From: Lytechinus pictus
Lineage: Eukaryota
Direction of reading: 5' to 3'
Length of the DNA: 64,000 bases
Assembly: GCF_037042905.1 (NCBI RefSeq)
Contig: NC_087252.1
Coordinates: 27,344,001 to 27,408,000, forward strand
The translations under genes and the position numbers were made by a program. Positions 24,842-38,238 of the stretch are shown here, one piece after another. The notes beneath the pieces are model-generated. The model ran no database searches. It saw only the letters and a list, made by a program, of their open reading frames with translations, and was not told where the DNA came from. Each line of letters begins with the position of its first letter. Positions within the stretch are counted from its first letter, which is position 1.

Positions 24842-27732
24842 CTATTTGATACTTTCGATGGCTATCAGCTCTGTATTGAAACCTCGAGTTGTAATGGGCT
24901 TTACTCTTCGGTTCCGCCTAAAACTCGGCATAAGTTCTCTAAACTCTTTCATCCTCCACCAGTAAACGATTGAATTCGCCACCGAATTCAAAACGGTTGA
25001 CAAATTAGCCAGATATATAACGGGCCCCCAGACACTTCCAACGACTAGCATCATCCAGTAGGTCGAAGGGGGTATAGCGAGGAAAAGGTCCGTGCCATAT
25101 ACCAGGGCGATCGTCTGAAGGATTCGACCATTCTCTTCTTTTCGCTGGTCCGATTCTACGCTTGTAGACGTCGTTCCCGTCACACTCCTGTAAATAAGTA
25201 AGTAGGAGCAGCCTGTCAACACAATGCTTGATATTGATACGATGGTGAGGATTAATAAGAATACATCCGTGGGAGAAAAGAGAATTGCGATTATCCCAAG
25301 GGCGCCAACTATCGACCATGTTAGTAGGACGACGGCGATACATCGGGCAGTCGTGACAATTCCTCGCGACCCAAACGGGTCGATACGTATGTTGATAAGT
25401 TGGTAGACGGCGACAGAGAGGATACTTATATTGGTCACCAGGGCGGCAAAGCACGGAGTGTAAACCAGCAGTTCGCAAAACATTCGACATTCCTGGAAAA
25501 AAAAGGACAAGAAAATATTCAGGTAACGTGATGCTTCTGAAAGGTATGTTGGAAATGGACTGCGAAAATGAATGTGACAGGCGGGTCGATACTCCTGTCC
25601 CTTATCAATCAAAGTTATGGTTATTATTATTATAATTATCATTTATTCGGCATTTCAAACAACAAACAAAAACCATAGGATGACATTACAAAGTATGACA
25701 GAATTTAAAAAGGACTCCCCCGCTGCAGTCTTGGAGTTGCCTGGAAGAAAAAAAAAGAAATATAAAATTCCTGTAACCCGCAAGTCATTCCTTGCAACTC
25801 CAAGTAAGGCAGCGAGGGTTGCCTCTTACAAACATATAATTCAATAGAAAAAAAATATCAAGTTATAAGTTCATAGTCAATGAACTGCAAAATAAATATA
25901 AATATCCATCCATACGTCACTGATGTATTTATGTCAACAATATAGCAAATGAGAATAAATAGCAAATAATTGAACCGGTATTATATGAAAGTGAGTTTAA
26001 GGGGGCAAATCCAATATGAGTCAAACGGCAAGTTTAAAGTATGTGATATACAAAACACAAAATGAGGAAATATTGATATTCAATCCAATACAAATTATAT
26101 ATTATACAAAATGAGTGAATATAAATCATGAATCAGCATATGTTAAGTTCTAAACATGGTTTTAAAATGTATAGGCCCACAACTAACACAATAACCGCAA
26201 TCAAAATGACTTATCTTGCTTATCAATATCAAAAGACATGTTAGCATATATAGGGGAATTGTTCCTCTATGTTCTATCTCATATGCTGTCTTGAAATTGA
26301 CATTCCTGTCATAATAGTTTTGGCGTTTTAAAAGATTTTTTTACTAATAAATGATTAAGTTTACCTTTTCTATCAATCCATGAGTTTAACATAAATCCAA
26401 ACATTTCCATTGGGGGCTGCAAATTAGGGAGTTAAAAGTATTTTTAAAAGACATGTTTTGACTTCACTATATGATATATTTAAATCAGTTTAAACGTGCA
26501 TGTCTCCAAAACAAACACTTCTAAACACGGCTTTCCAGTTGTTGTAATGTATTTTTCACCCCCCCCCTCCCCCTCTCCTCTCTCTTAGACTTATGTGTAA
26601 TTATGTTATGATTATGATTATATTGTTATATTTCATTTTCAATATGATTTATTCTTACAATTGGGCTAATTTATACAAGCTGTTGTGCTTTCTTTGATCC
26701 CTCCACGTGTAATATATCTCTTAATGTCAATGATGTGTATATATGTGTATTTTAAACTGGAAATAAATTTGACTTTGAATTTATGAATTATTCCATTTTT
26801 TCATTTACAAGAATGTGAAATATTCATAATTTGATCCAACATTGCTTACAATTATTATATCATTATAGATATAATTTACTGAAAATTAGTTATTAAGCTA
26901 TTTCTTAACATAAGATATCCTACAATTGAAATAGTTATCATATGAATAACAAATTAAATCACTACTATGTTACATCATGAGCTTCCTCGTTTGAACATCA
27001 AACAAAATATGTGTGGGTTTTTTTATGGTTATAATTCCAAAATGCAATGATTTGTTCTTATGTATTAATCATTGGACCGTAGACATTGATGAAAGTATCA
27101 GTACTATGGTCAATGTTTGCTGGAATATTCTCCCTTGTTCAGATAAACATTTAATTTTAGCCGACTTATCATTTAACTCTCCGCCCTCCACAGAGTTAAA
27201 CGATGAAAACAGGATCCCAAACCCTTTAATGTATGCCATTTTGAGTGGATCATATACGATCATCAACGATAATTAGATTCTGCAACAATATTGTTTAAAG
27301 AACAGCCACATTTTAAAAAAAGGGGAGAAGAGTAACCTTTACCTGGCCATGGAAGTCGATTACAATCCTCAAACCAATACTGCAAGCGGTTACAAGTCCT
27401 GAAACAATGATGTTTGCAGAGAATATCAGATGCTGCTTATGTAGTCTCCTGTTCACTATCACCACCAAGAGTGTTGCAGCCGTTGCTACAATCGCAGTCA
27501 AAGTAAGAACATCAAGGATTCTTTCGAGGTAATCGCTGACATCCCCGTAAACACTCCCGAAGTACGAATTATATCCATACTCATCTGAGTCATCTGTGTA
27601 GTTCCCATTACTGTTTCCCCAGTATTGCCAATATGTGGTGTTGATTGTGGTATCACCGGTTGGTGGTGATGGACTAGCAATGTCCTGGGTATTCGTTGAG
27701 GAAGCTTGGTTATACCCCCAATACGTATCCAT
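24842..27732 (-). CDS. Divergent rhodopsin-like (class A) GPCR; complement(join(24842..25492,27343..27732)), 346 aa
   Basis: N-terminus with N-glycosylation sequons (NTT, NYT) and seven hydrophobic segments. TM1-ICL1 reads NRRLHK, there is a Cys before TM3, and TM7/helix 8 reads LNSVANSIVYWWRMKEFR. Phase-0 intron: CAG|gtaaag ... ttttccag|GAA. Confidence 0.85.
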
Positions 27733-29379
27733 CTTGACCAAACTCAAGCTCTTTGCACATCTCTAATAAATTACCGCAGTTTAGAACAAGCAAGCTGGAG
27801 CTGTCATCGTCCAAAGGATCTTCTCTCAGGGTTGAAGATGGCTGAAGAGTACACTCAATTCTGGAGAAGACAGCTGACTGTAATAAGTCGAATTTTTAAG
27901 AAGCATTGTCCCAAAAATGAAGACGCTGTCAAGGAGAGGGTTTTGCAGTGTCAGGTGATCCTGTAAGAATATACTTGTAAACTGTTTACGTGTGCAATGT
28001 CTGCGTCTGAACCCCTCTTAAAAAGAACACATTAATTAAGGTGAGAGACTGGCAAGATGCTTTGAACGATGAGCAATGTTCCTTCCCAGAAGCAAGGCTA
28101 CATACGTTGTAGTTACAGCAGAAGAGGATGTGTTTTTCCAAAGACGGACGGCGCTTTGAAACATTTTGTTCTTGTCATGGTAGTAGCAATTTACGATGCG
28201 AAATGCCGAGGAGCGAAATCTGATATTAGATGCTCTTATCCGGAATCCGGTGAGTGATTGGGATTAAGACATATCAAACCGATTCCTTGTTACAGTTTTT
28301 ACCGCCATTCATTTGAGAAGTTTTGGAATACAGAGTACCCCATCCCTATTTGAAATCCCAAATAAAAACAGTAGATATGCGTGATAGAGTTCTTGACAGT
28401 CCCTAAAAATGAACGGAATCAATTTTGGCGGTTACTCTAGTTAATAATGGTATTGGCGCAGACCTGTTATTAAAGGTGAGTGATATTATGCGATCAGTGG
28501 TTATTTAAATCTTGGCTGGGATTGTGACTGTAATTGACAGTCCAGATTTCTTTCTTTTTTTAATTAAAACTCCGGAAAGAGTGATTGATCACTTTCATCC
28601 CCCCTTTATCAATTTAGCCATGTAGATAATAGTATTTAGGAATGCATTCTCTGATGGAATGACTTTCCGAGCGCCCCCCCCCCCATGGCCTCGCCACTAA
28701 ATGTTACATACACGTAAAATCCTTAGCAATTAGCTTGACCAAATAGAATTTACAGTTTCATTAGGCCCACCGGTGGTAATCTCTTATCGCAGTTATGGAA
28801 TCCTTTGCTCGGTATTCTCGGTTAATGTATTGATTCGTTAGATTATATCCATTTTCAGCTGAACTATGAAAGCGGAATTCCACATCGTATGTAATGTTAC
28901 TAATACTTAAATGTATTCAAAGAATACTAATTTCTTGTACAATATTACCTCGAAATTAGGTAGATGGCATAAAAAAATGTTTAAACGTCCAGCTCACTTT
29001 TCCAATAATTAAGAAAATGAAATAAATGCGTTTTAAATGCTAGCTTTCGAACCCTTAACACTCCATTTTGTTGACGATCACCAATGCAAAAAGTGTTTTG
29101 TTAGCATGAATGAGAATCACATACATACAAGGAATAGGTTATATCAGATGAAAGAGAAGATTCGAGGATTTACAACGGTATGTCATTAGTTGGTTTGTGA
29201 TAAAGTTAAGGTAAATCATCAATAATTTTCGGTATCATATTTGTGCGAAGCTCTGTTGGCCTACACACGCACAAAAAAAATAATTTCATCTCTACCTAAA
29301 AAGGTGTTATTTCTTTGACTTAATTTCCCTTTCCTGCTGGCTGCTGAATGTTTCATATGCTAAATGTTTCATATGCCAC

Positions 29380-31460
29380 ACAGTGTGTACACATTGTGTT
29401 CACGGAGTATTCACAGTGTGTATACATTGAGTATTTACAGTGCGTGCAGTATTCAATGTTTTCACATTATATGTGGACAGTGTGTTCTCAATATGTTCAT
29501 GGAGTGTTGAAAGTGTGTAAACAGCTTGTGCGCAGTGAATTCTCAGTGTGTTCACGGAGTGTTTAAGTGCGTACATAGTGTATGCACAGTGTGTACACTC
29601 CCAGTTCTAAGTGTGTTCACGGAGTGCTGAAAGTGTGGACATAGTGTGTGCACAGTGTATTATCAGTGTGTTCACGGAGTGTTGCAAGTGTGTATATATT
29701 GTGTGCACAGTGTGTATGCAGTGAGTTCTCAGTGTGTTAAAAGTCTGTACATAGTGTGTGCACAGTGAGTTGTCAGTGTGTGCACGAATTGTTGAAAGTG
29801 TGTACATAGTGTGTGCACAGTGTGTACGCAGTGAGTTCTGAGTGTGTTCACGAAGTGCTGAAAGTGTGCACATAGTGCGTGCACAGTGTGTACACTGTGA
29901 GTTCTCAGTTTGTTCACGGAGTGTTGAAGTGTGTACATAGTGTATGCACAGTGTGTACACACCTAGTTCTAAGTGCGTTCACGGAGTGCTGAAATGTGGA
30001 AATAGTGTGTGTACAGTGTATTATCAGTGTGTTCACGTAGTGTTGAAAGTGTGTACATATTGTGTACACAGCGTGTATGCAGTGAGTTCTCAGTGTGTTG
30101 AAAGTCTGTACATAGTGTGTATACAGTGAGTTGTCAGTGTGTGCACGGAGTGTCGAAAGTTTGTACTTAGTGTGTGCGCAGTGTGTACACAGTGAGTTCT
30201 CAGTTTGTTCACGGAGTGTTGAAGTGTGTACATAGTGTATGCACATTGTGTACACAACCAATTCTAAGTGTGGCATGGAGTGCTGAAAGTGTGAAAATAG
30301 TGTGTGTACAGTGTATTATCAGTGTGTTCACAGAGTGTTGAAAGTGTGTACATATTGTGTGCACAGTGTGTATGCAGTGAGTTTTCAGTGTGTTGAAAGT
30401 ATGTACATAATGTGTGCACAGTGAGTTGTCAGTGTGTGCACGGAGTGTTGAAAGTGTGTAAAATAGTGTGTGCACAATGTTTACGCAGTGAGTTCTCAGG
30501 TTGTTAACGGTGTTTTAAAAGTGTGCACATAGTATGTGCACAAACGTTCAACTGTACACAGTGCGTTCTCTGTTTGTTCACGTAGTGTTGAAAGTATGTA
30601 CATATTGTGTGCACAGTGTGTATGCAGTGAGTTTTCAGTGTGTTGAAAGTCTGTACATAATTGTGCACAGTGAGTTGTCAGTGTGTGCACGGAGTGTTGA
30701 AAGTATGTACATAGTGTGTGTACAGTGTGAACGCAGTGAGTTCTCTGTTAACGGTGTGTTGAAAGTGTGCACATAGTATGTGCACAAACGTTCAACTGTA
30801 CACAGTGCGTTCTCTGTTTGTTCACGTAGTGTTGAAAGTATGTACATATTGTGTGCACAGTGTGTATGCAGTGAGTTTTCAGTGTGTTGAAAGTCTGTAC
30901 ATAATTGTGCACAGTGAGTTGTCAGTGTGTGCACGGAGTGTTGAAAGTATGTACATAGTGTGTGTACAGTGTGAACGCAGTGAGTTCTCTGTTAACGGTG
31001 TTTTGAAAGTGTGCACATAGTATGTGCACAAACGTTCAACTGTACACAGTGCGTTCTCTGTTTGTTCACGTAGTGTTGAAAGTATGTACATATTGTGTGC
31101 ACAGTGTGTATGCAGTGAGTTTTCAGTGTGTTGAAAGTCTGTACATAATTGTGCACAGTGAGTTGTCAGTGTGTGCACGGAGTGTTGAAAGTATGTACAT
31201 AGTGTGTGTACAGTGTGAACGCAGTGAGTTCTCTGTTAACGGTGTGTTGAAAGTGTGCACATAGTATGTGCACAAATGTTCAACTGTACACAGTGCGTTC
31301 TCAGTTTGTTCACGTAGTGTTGAAAGTCTATACATAGTGTGTGCACAGTGTGTTCACGGAGTGTTTAAAGTGTGTACATAGTGTTGGTGCACAGTGTATT
31401 CTCAGTGTGTTCATGGAGTGTTGAAAGTGTGTCCACATTGTGTTCACGGAATAATCACAT
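29380..31460. repeat. TG-rich minisatellite with a 244-bp higher-order unit repeated about three times
   Basis: Subunits such as GTGTTGAAAGTGTGTACATAGTGTGTGCACAGTG. Identical 80-aa translations start at 30534, 30778 and 31022. Confidence 0.95.
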
Positions 31461-32725
31461 TATGAATTGGGTTAAGCTGTCATCTACTCTGCTAAAATGC
31501 TCAAATGTAACCGTGTGGAGATGATTTCACATTGTGTAACCTCTACAGTGTGAATGTTCAAAGTGTGATCACATAAGGGCGAACTGTGTTAAATCGTATT
31601 CCACAATGTTAAAGGTCAAGTTCACCGACCCCACCCCCCCCCCCTAAAAAAAACATTTTAAAGTTTTGCTTATTTTTCACAAAAAATGTTATATTCACAA
31701 TTCAGTGATATGCAAATGAGAGAGTCGATGATGTCCCTCACTCACTTTTTCTTTTGTTTTTATTGTTTGAATTATACAATATTTCAATTTCACAGATTTG
31801 ACAATATTGACCAACTTGACTGAACCACAAAATGTGAAAACAATGATAGACCATATTATGTTCAGGTAGGAATAAAACTTCGTTTCACATGACAACTAGG
31901 AGAAAATCAAAATATTTCATATTTCATTCAATGAAATACAAAAAAATAGTGAGTGGACGACGTCATCAGTCTCCTCGTTTGCATACCGACCGGGATGTGT
32001 TTATAACTGTTGTTTTTTAATTAAGCAAAAGTCTAAATGTCATGACTTTTTTTATACTACATCCGATTTTGAAGAAATGTTTAGTGTTATGCTTGTTGGA
32101 TTTTTCTCTTGTTATTCAAATCAACTTTTGTTGGGGTGGACTTGTGCTTTAAAATGACCACAATAAATATTGTGAACATGATTTCACACACACACTGAGT
32201 GACATATTTTGGAACACACTCTGAGACACTGTGTTCTGAGCCAAGAATACCCATACCAGGGGGTGTTTCACAAAGATTTAAGTATGACTTAGGTCAATAC
32301 TTTCATGTCTTTTATTCAGCGCGCAACAAGACATTTAAGTGCGACTCTAAGTCATACTTTAATCTTTGTGAAAAACCTCACCCCCTCCCCCCCCCCCCCA
32401 CAGATTGGTGTCGAATTATAAAGTGCACCGCTAAGCCAACGCCCGTGTTTCCATTTTATCGCTATTTTGTGCGCGGTGACGAGCGTTGTCAAAATTCAGT
32501 GCCCCCTCTCCCTACCGTTCAAGGAACGCTCTAACAAATTTCGGGCGGTGTGACCAGGCCTTAAGCAGGACGAATTTTCATCTCGGATGAGCGTGCGACA
32601 AGATTATGGGCCCAACCAAAGTAGTTCGGTGCTTCGAGCCAATCTGACGAAACACCGTTAGGAAAGTAGGCCGGAGTGCAAGAGTGGCTATTACGCCACC
32701 AACCCCCTCGGCAGTAGGTTGTCCA

Positions 32726-33875
32726 CAGTGGCGTACCGTGGGTCACGGCATTGGGGGGGCACCAGCAAAAATGTTGAGTCACTTAGTGAGCGCGCGAAGC
32801 GCGCCCAGTTGCCAGGTATACTGACCTAATAGAGACATTTTAAGGACAGTCCCATTAAACGGATATGTCTCTCACTGGTCAAATAATGCAAAAATTTTTG
32901 ATATTCAGACCTAAAAAGGGACATTATAATCCACTTTGTTATCATGATACGTACCTGTCTCGCTAAACAATGCGAGCGCGAAGCGCGAGCCGAATTTTTT
33001 TTATACATTGACCCCAAACAGGGAGATCTTAATTACTATATTATAGGAATAATCCCTTAATAGTATACATATCTCACCATAGTCATCTAATGCCAATGTC
33101 AAGCGCTTGCTGATTTTGATAGAATTACATTTAAACACTTATGAAGCACTTGTACTCATTGTAATCATGAATAACATACGCATCTCACTAATCAGATATT
33201 GCGAGCGCGAAGCGCGAGCTGAAAATTTAGGAAATTCAGACCTGAAGAGGGGCATTCTATAGCTTGTTTGTAGGAATTCACTAAGACCATACGTATTTAA
33301 CTAACCAAATGATGCGAGCGCGAAGCGCGAGCTGAAAATTTTTGATATTCAGATCAGAAAAAGGGACATTTTAAGGACTGATTTTAGGAATTCACGGAGA
33401 GCACACATATATCACCAATCCACTGATGCGAACGTAATCACGGACAGGAAATATTTTATATTAAGACCTTAACATGGGGCAATCACTTTAAGTAGTCATG
33501 AAAAAGAAGCATATGTCACAGTGACTGCATAAAACAATAATATATTTGGTGTATATTGACTTGAAACGGGAGTTTTTCGTACAACAGGTTTATATACATG
33601 TATCTCTTTAAACAGACAATGCGAGCACCAGGAACAATGACAACATAGGCCCTGAGCAATTAATGTTTCATAAAGTTTTCTATGTAATATAACATAATAT
33701 GATTATAATATAATATACCATTATAACGAATAATAATTTCTTATTTCCCACTACGTTCTTCTTCCTTTCTCCCTCTTTTTTCTCCTTTTCCCCGTTTTTT
33801 TTTTTTTGGGGGGGGGTCAGCCGATTGGGGGGGCACGTGCCCCCCCATGCCCCCCCCCCCGTAGTTACGCCACTG
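32726..33875. mobile_element. Non-autonomous hAT-like DNA transposon inside the FReD last exon
   Basis: TIRs CAGTGGCGTA...TACGCCACTG; perfect 8-bp TSD GTTGTCCA (32718-32725 and 33876-33883); internal repeated GCGAGCGCGAAGCGCG motifs. Confidence 0.9.
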
Positions 33876-34477
33876 GTTGTCCAGGTGGGGTTAAAGAAGG
33901 GCAGGCCGGAGAGATATGACATTTCATCATCTGTGAAAAAAGTGTATCAAGATATTCATAATTATACTAATTTGAAAGGGAAACTCCGTAAAATAAAGAA
34001 AGCAATGTATTTGCGCAAAAAAATGATGTGTGCATGAGAAATAGCACCTGGCCTCTAAAGTAAAAATTTGAAGAAAAAAATTGTGATTTCAGACAAAAAT
34101 ACAAATGAGAAAAGTGTGGATTAAGCGGCAAAAGTTACCTAAATTATGTTATATTAAACCATTTCACTGAAATGGTAAAAATTTGCAAAATGCCAGTATT
34201 TCGGGTTTTTTCAATTACTGATATTCTTTCTTTTGTGAAAGAAATCAAATGTCTGTTTAAAAATCTGTAAAATCAAACGTAAGAGTCTAATCTACTGTCA
34301 GACATTTTGAGGGTTCTGAATTCAGATATGATTTATTTTAGGTGCTTTGTTTATATTCTTTGGGATGGGAAATTAAAAGCCACCACTCGTATCGCATTAG
34401 CCTATATAATAGACCCATGAAAATGAAATGGTGTGTTTATCTGCCTAGTTTTATTGTACCGTTATCTTAAAAATCTG

Positions 34478-34650
34478 GTGGGTGTTTCATAAAGCTGTTC
34501 GTAAGTTAAGAGCGACTTTAAGAACGACTGGTGATCCTTTCTTGTGGTAAATGGTATATTCATTGGCGATGGCTTAGCGCTTAAGAAAGGTTCACCAGTC
34601 GTTCTTAAAGTCGCTCTTATATTACGAACAGCTTTATGAAACGGCCCCCA
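34478..34650. mobile_element. Palindromic MITE
   Basis: GTTTCATAAAGCTGTTCGTAA..TAAGAGCGACTTTAAGAACGACTGGTGA is inverted relative to TCACCAGTCGTTCTTAAAGTCGCTCTTA..TTACGAACAGCTTTATGAAAC. Confidence 0.8.
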
Positions 34651-34769
34651 GTTCTACTAACTACGCTTTGCGGGGTTTATTAAATAACAATTTAATGTAT
34701 TATATAAATTAATCAATTTTCCAATACCAAATGAATGAAAAAGAAATTATCTTTTCTCCTGTTTTTTTT

Positions 34770-34935
34770 TTCTTTTTCATCTACTTCTTCTTCCTTTTCT
34801 TCTCCTCCTCCTCCTTCTTCTTTTTCTTCTTCTTCTTCTTCTCTTTTCTTCTTCTTCTTCTCCTTTTTCTTCGTCTTCTTTTTCTTCTTCCTCCTCCTCT
34901 TTTTCTTCTTCTTCTTCTTCTTTTTTTCTTCTGCT
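34770..34935. repeat. (CTT)n-rich pyrimidine tract
   Basis: Direct inspection. Confidence 0.9.
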
Positions 34936-35398
34936 CCATTACCTATCATAATACCCATTCTACTATTACCATGATTACGGTGTATTATGCCCTACTTCTC
35001 ATTGTTTCAATACTGATATTACAATTGTAATAAACCAGTCTGTCTTACCTGCACTACCAGAATGGTTTGAGATTCTCAGTGAATATTTTGAACTATCATT
35101 CCCGATGGAGAACTGGCCATATTCAGCGTATGTAGTTTCCTCGGTGTGGAGAAGCGTGATATCCACCCGTAGTGTGTACGTTCCTTGGTGTGTGAGACGA
35201 TGGAGCTTCTCATTGCCTAGCCAATGATCACCGGCGACACTGCCAAAATCCTCTTTGTAAGATGTCGTGTTCCTATCAAAGGTTACGGGATTGGGTTTGT
35301 TCAAGGGGTCCAGTCTCCGTTGAAACATCTTGTTCGAACAATCGAAAATAATAATTAAGTTCATATATCCAGTCTTTTCATGATACATAGGCCCTATA

Positions 35399-35556
35399 CA
35401 GGGGCCGCGGAACCGGGGGGGGGGGGCTTTTTTTTCAAAATCCGTGTACAAAAACGCTAAAATGACCATATGATTGTGATTTCTTTGCATGGTCAGCCCC
35501 CCCCCCCCCCACATTTGGCTCAGCCCCCCACTTTGAAAATCGTTCCGCGGCCCCTG
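35399..35556. mobile_element. Short MITE
   Basis: TIRs CAGGGGCCGCGGAAC...GTTCCGCGGCCCCTG; CTATA on both flanks. Confidence 0.7.
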
Positions 35557-38238
35557 CTATAGGTCTTTGTAAAGCCCACTGACATGAATGAAAATCTTAG
35601 AGGATTACCTGACATAGCATCAACACTTGGCTCAAGAACACTGGATTCTGACTGCGGAGCCTCATTGAGTGTAAAAATAAGCGAATGACAAAAATTCATC
35701 TCAAGTAGCAAATAGCCGCATAGGCCCGTACTCTGAAGTTGGGTTTATTGTTACATTCGGCTCTCAAATCATTCATGATTATGTAGGAAGTATAGATGAT
35801 TGTCTTCACCATCGATGAATCAGGAAAGAGCACAGTAAACATAAGAAATATACAACTTAATAAAACATTTGATACTTTTGGCTTCCCACACTTTCACGGT
35901 CGCCCGTTAATAAACTCGGACGCGCGGGCATGGCCTGGTCAAAATAGCCCGAACCAGACATAAATTTAACTACTGTTTTCAGTAAACTCATGATATTTTG
36001 GTATCCACTAGGCCCACACGAACGTAGTCCGCACCAAAAGTGTTCAGAAACTACATAACAGAGTGGCGCTACTTTCACGATCACTCATTCAAATACTCGG
36101 GTACGTGAGGGATGGCGCTGGTCTGGTGCTGCTAATGGCAGCATCAAGATAGCACCGGTCTGGCGCGGGCTATTTAAGCACGCGCCATTCATAAACTCCT
36201 TTATTTCTGGTCTGGACCAGCGAGTTCCTGAAAGCGGTAAACATTTTACGACTTAGCCCGAGACTGGTCCGGATCAACGAGTTAATGACAGCGGTATTAG
36301 AGACCTCTCTAAATATCTGTGAATATCAGAAGTCATTTTGGTCACTTTGAACTAGATTATTAAAACGATGGATTGTTCTCCCGTGACATTTTCCAATTTT
36401 CTTGTCGTAGCTTTCCAACAATAGAGAGTTTTTGCCTTTACTACGGAGCCGCTCTCTACAACGCACCCTAGAGAGCTGAGGGGCTTTTGTCGAAAGATAG
36501 TGGACCGGGGTATTATTCTATTTATTTATAGATCATCCGAAGATTAACATCGACCAACAATTACAAATATGTCATTGCCCAGAGTCGAGACACTACGCGC
36601 CTGTCCCCGTTCCATCAACTTTCGACAACACCCTCTCAGTTCTGTATTGTGATTGGACTTGCATTTTCAAAGAAATTTGTACGTTGTAGAGAGCTGCTCC
36701 TTCGAAGATGCGAAAAACTCTTTAATACTCACGAAGCACTTCTACTTCTTCTACCCTACGTCTGCCGAAAATTAAAGACCTTGGACAACCCTGCTAAGGA
36801 TATGTTGGTTATGAAATCATTTATTTAGAACTATACCAATCTTTCGAGTATATCTGCCACAACATAGTTCTGTTTTGTGTCTGTTCATTCACAGGTATAA
36901 GTAATGTTTTTGATTAATCACGTGTCCGTAAGATTCAATCCCTTAACTCACGGTCCAGCCGCCGCCTTCGGTCTCCATATCGCAGTAGACATTAAACGGA
37001 TTCTCCACTCCCAGCGGACGAATGAGGTAGATACCGCTGATGTTCCCCCTTCTGCCTGAACATCAGCACAGTCACGTGGTGTCCTAGCGGTATGATGCCT
37101 GTCTGATTTAGAAACATAGAGGGATTTTTTTTTTTTTTTTTTTACTGAAACATATCACACCGAATTTCAAATAAAGTACAGAATTTAAATATTGAGTATT
37201 AGACTGGACTAATTACAAAAGAACGGAATGGGAAGTGGGACTGTTTAATGGGATTTTGACAGAGATCATGGGAGGGGCGAAATAGCCCACACACCCCCCC
37301 CCCCCCCTCCAAAATGCCATGACAATTCAAATATTGAAGAAAAAAAGTGAAAATGGGAAGAAAAAATGAATAAAGACTAAGAAAGAGAAAAATAAAAGAA
37401 AGGTATCGAAAACGGAGTTCTGGTCTATTAACCAGTACAATAACCAATTATATACACCTGAGAAGAAGAAAAAAAATATGCCCCCTTTATGTTGCCATCT
37501 CTCACACCCCTACCTAAATGGCTTGGCGCCACTCCTGGGTAAGTGTGGTCTGCTCCTTAATTTCGTAGAACGAAAATGCAGTTTATTAAAGCCATCTATT
37601 CATTAATCTATGTTTATGTATTTGCAATAAGTACGCTATCCATTTTCTCTTTAGAAATCTTCATCCATAAAATTATCGATCGATTTAATAAACACATTTT
37701 TACGTTGTAATACCGTTCATATAAACATTACTTATGCCTTTGGTTATGGGCATTATTCGCAATTTATACAATTACCATTCATCACAAAGAACCAAACACC
37801 TTTTCCACCGAAGCACTAAGATGATTATTTTTTATCCACCTAAGAATGCTTAACCAAATTATATTGCAGCAAAACAATATTTTCGGTGAGAAAATATCTT
37901 TATCATCTCTTATCAATTGTCACATCACCTTTGTACATTTAGATCTTGTTTCATTTGCATCGACATATTTAACCTAAGTTGAAAAAACTGTGATTCTAAG
38001 TTTTAAAATAAAAACATCACAGTGAAGATCGCCAACACAGAAACTCACATGTGGGACACTTACACCTTAGCCTGACTGACATTGAATGCTATAATAAATC
38101 TGATAATTTCCCAGCAATGACAACATTTTTAGCTGCATGAATCATATTCTATACTTAATTCCTACATTAAGCAAATTGATTCTCTTCGAACTTATCCTTA
38201 GATATCTGATGCCTGGGGCCGGGGGGGGGGGGGGGAGT

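Larger units (their letters stand above)
32561..37102 (-). pseudogene. Fibrinogen-related domain (FReD; ficolin/tenascin/angiopoietin-like) gene, disrupted; exons 37102..36952, 35328..35049, 33930..32561 (last exon interrupted)
   Basis: Canonical FReD motifs: [73 protein letters not shown]. Splice phases are compatible. A 1-bp frameshift lies at G-run 37045-37049 and a 1.15-kb insertion interrupts the last exon. Confidence 0.85.

Noticed and set aside
25850..27300. Possible ancient LINE remnant in the GPCR intron (and a similar one at ~7230-8070)
   Set aside because: Only faint motif resemblance; too degenerate to support by eye.
29348..31335. Multiple Cys/His/Thr-rich ORFs
   Set aside because: Translations of the TG-rich minisatellite in several frames.
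34713..35030. Poly-Lys/Glu and poly-Phe ORFs
   Set aside because: (CTT)n low-complexity intronic tract.
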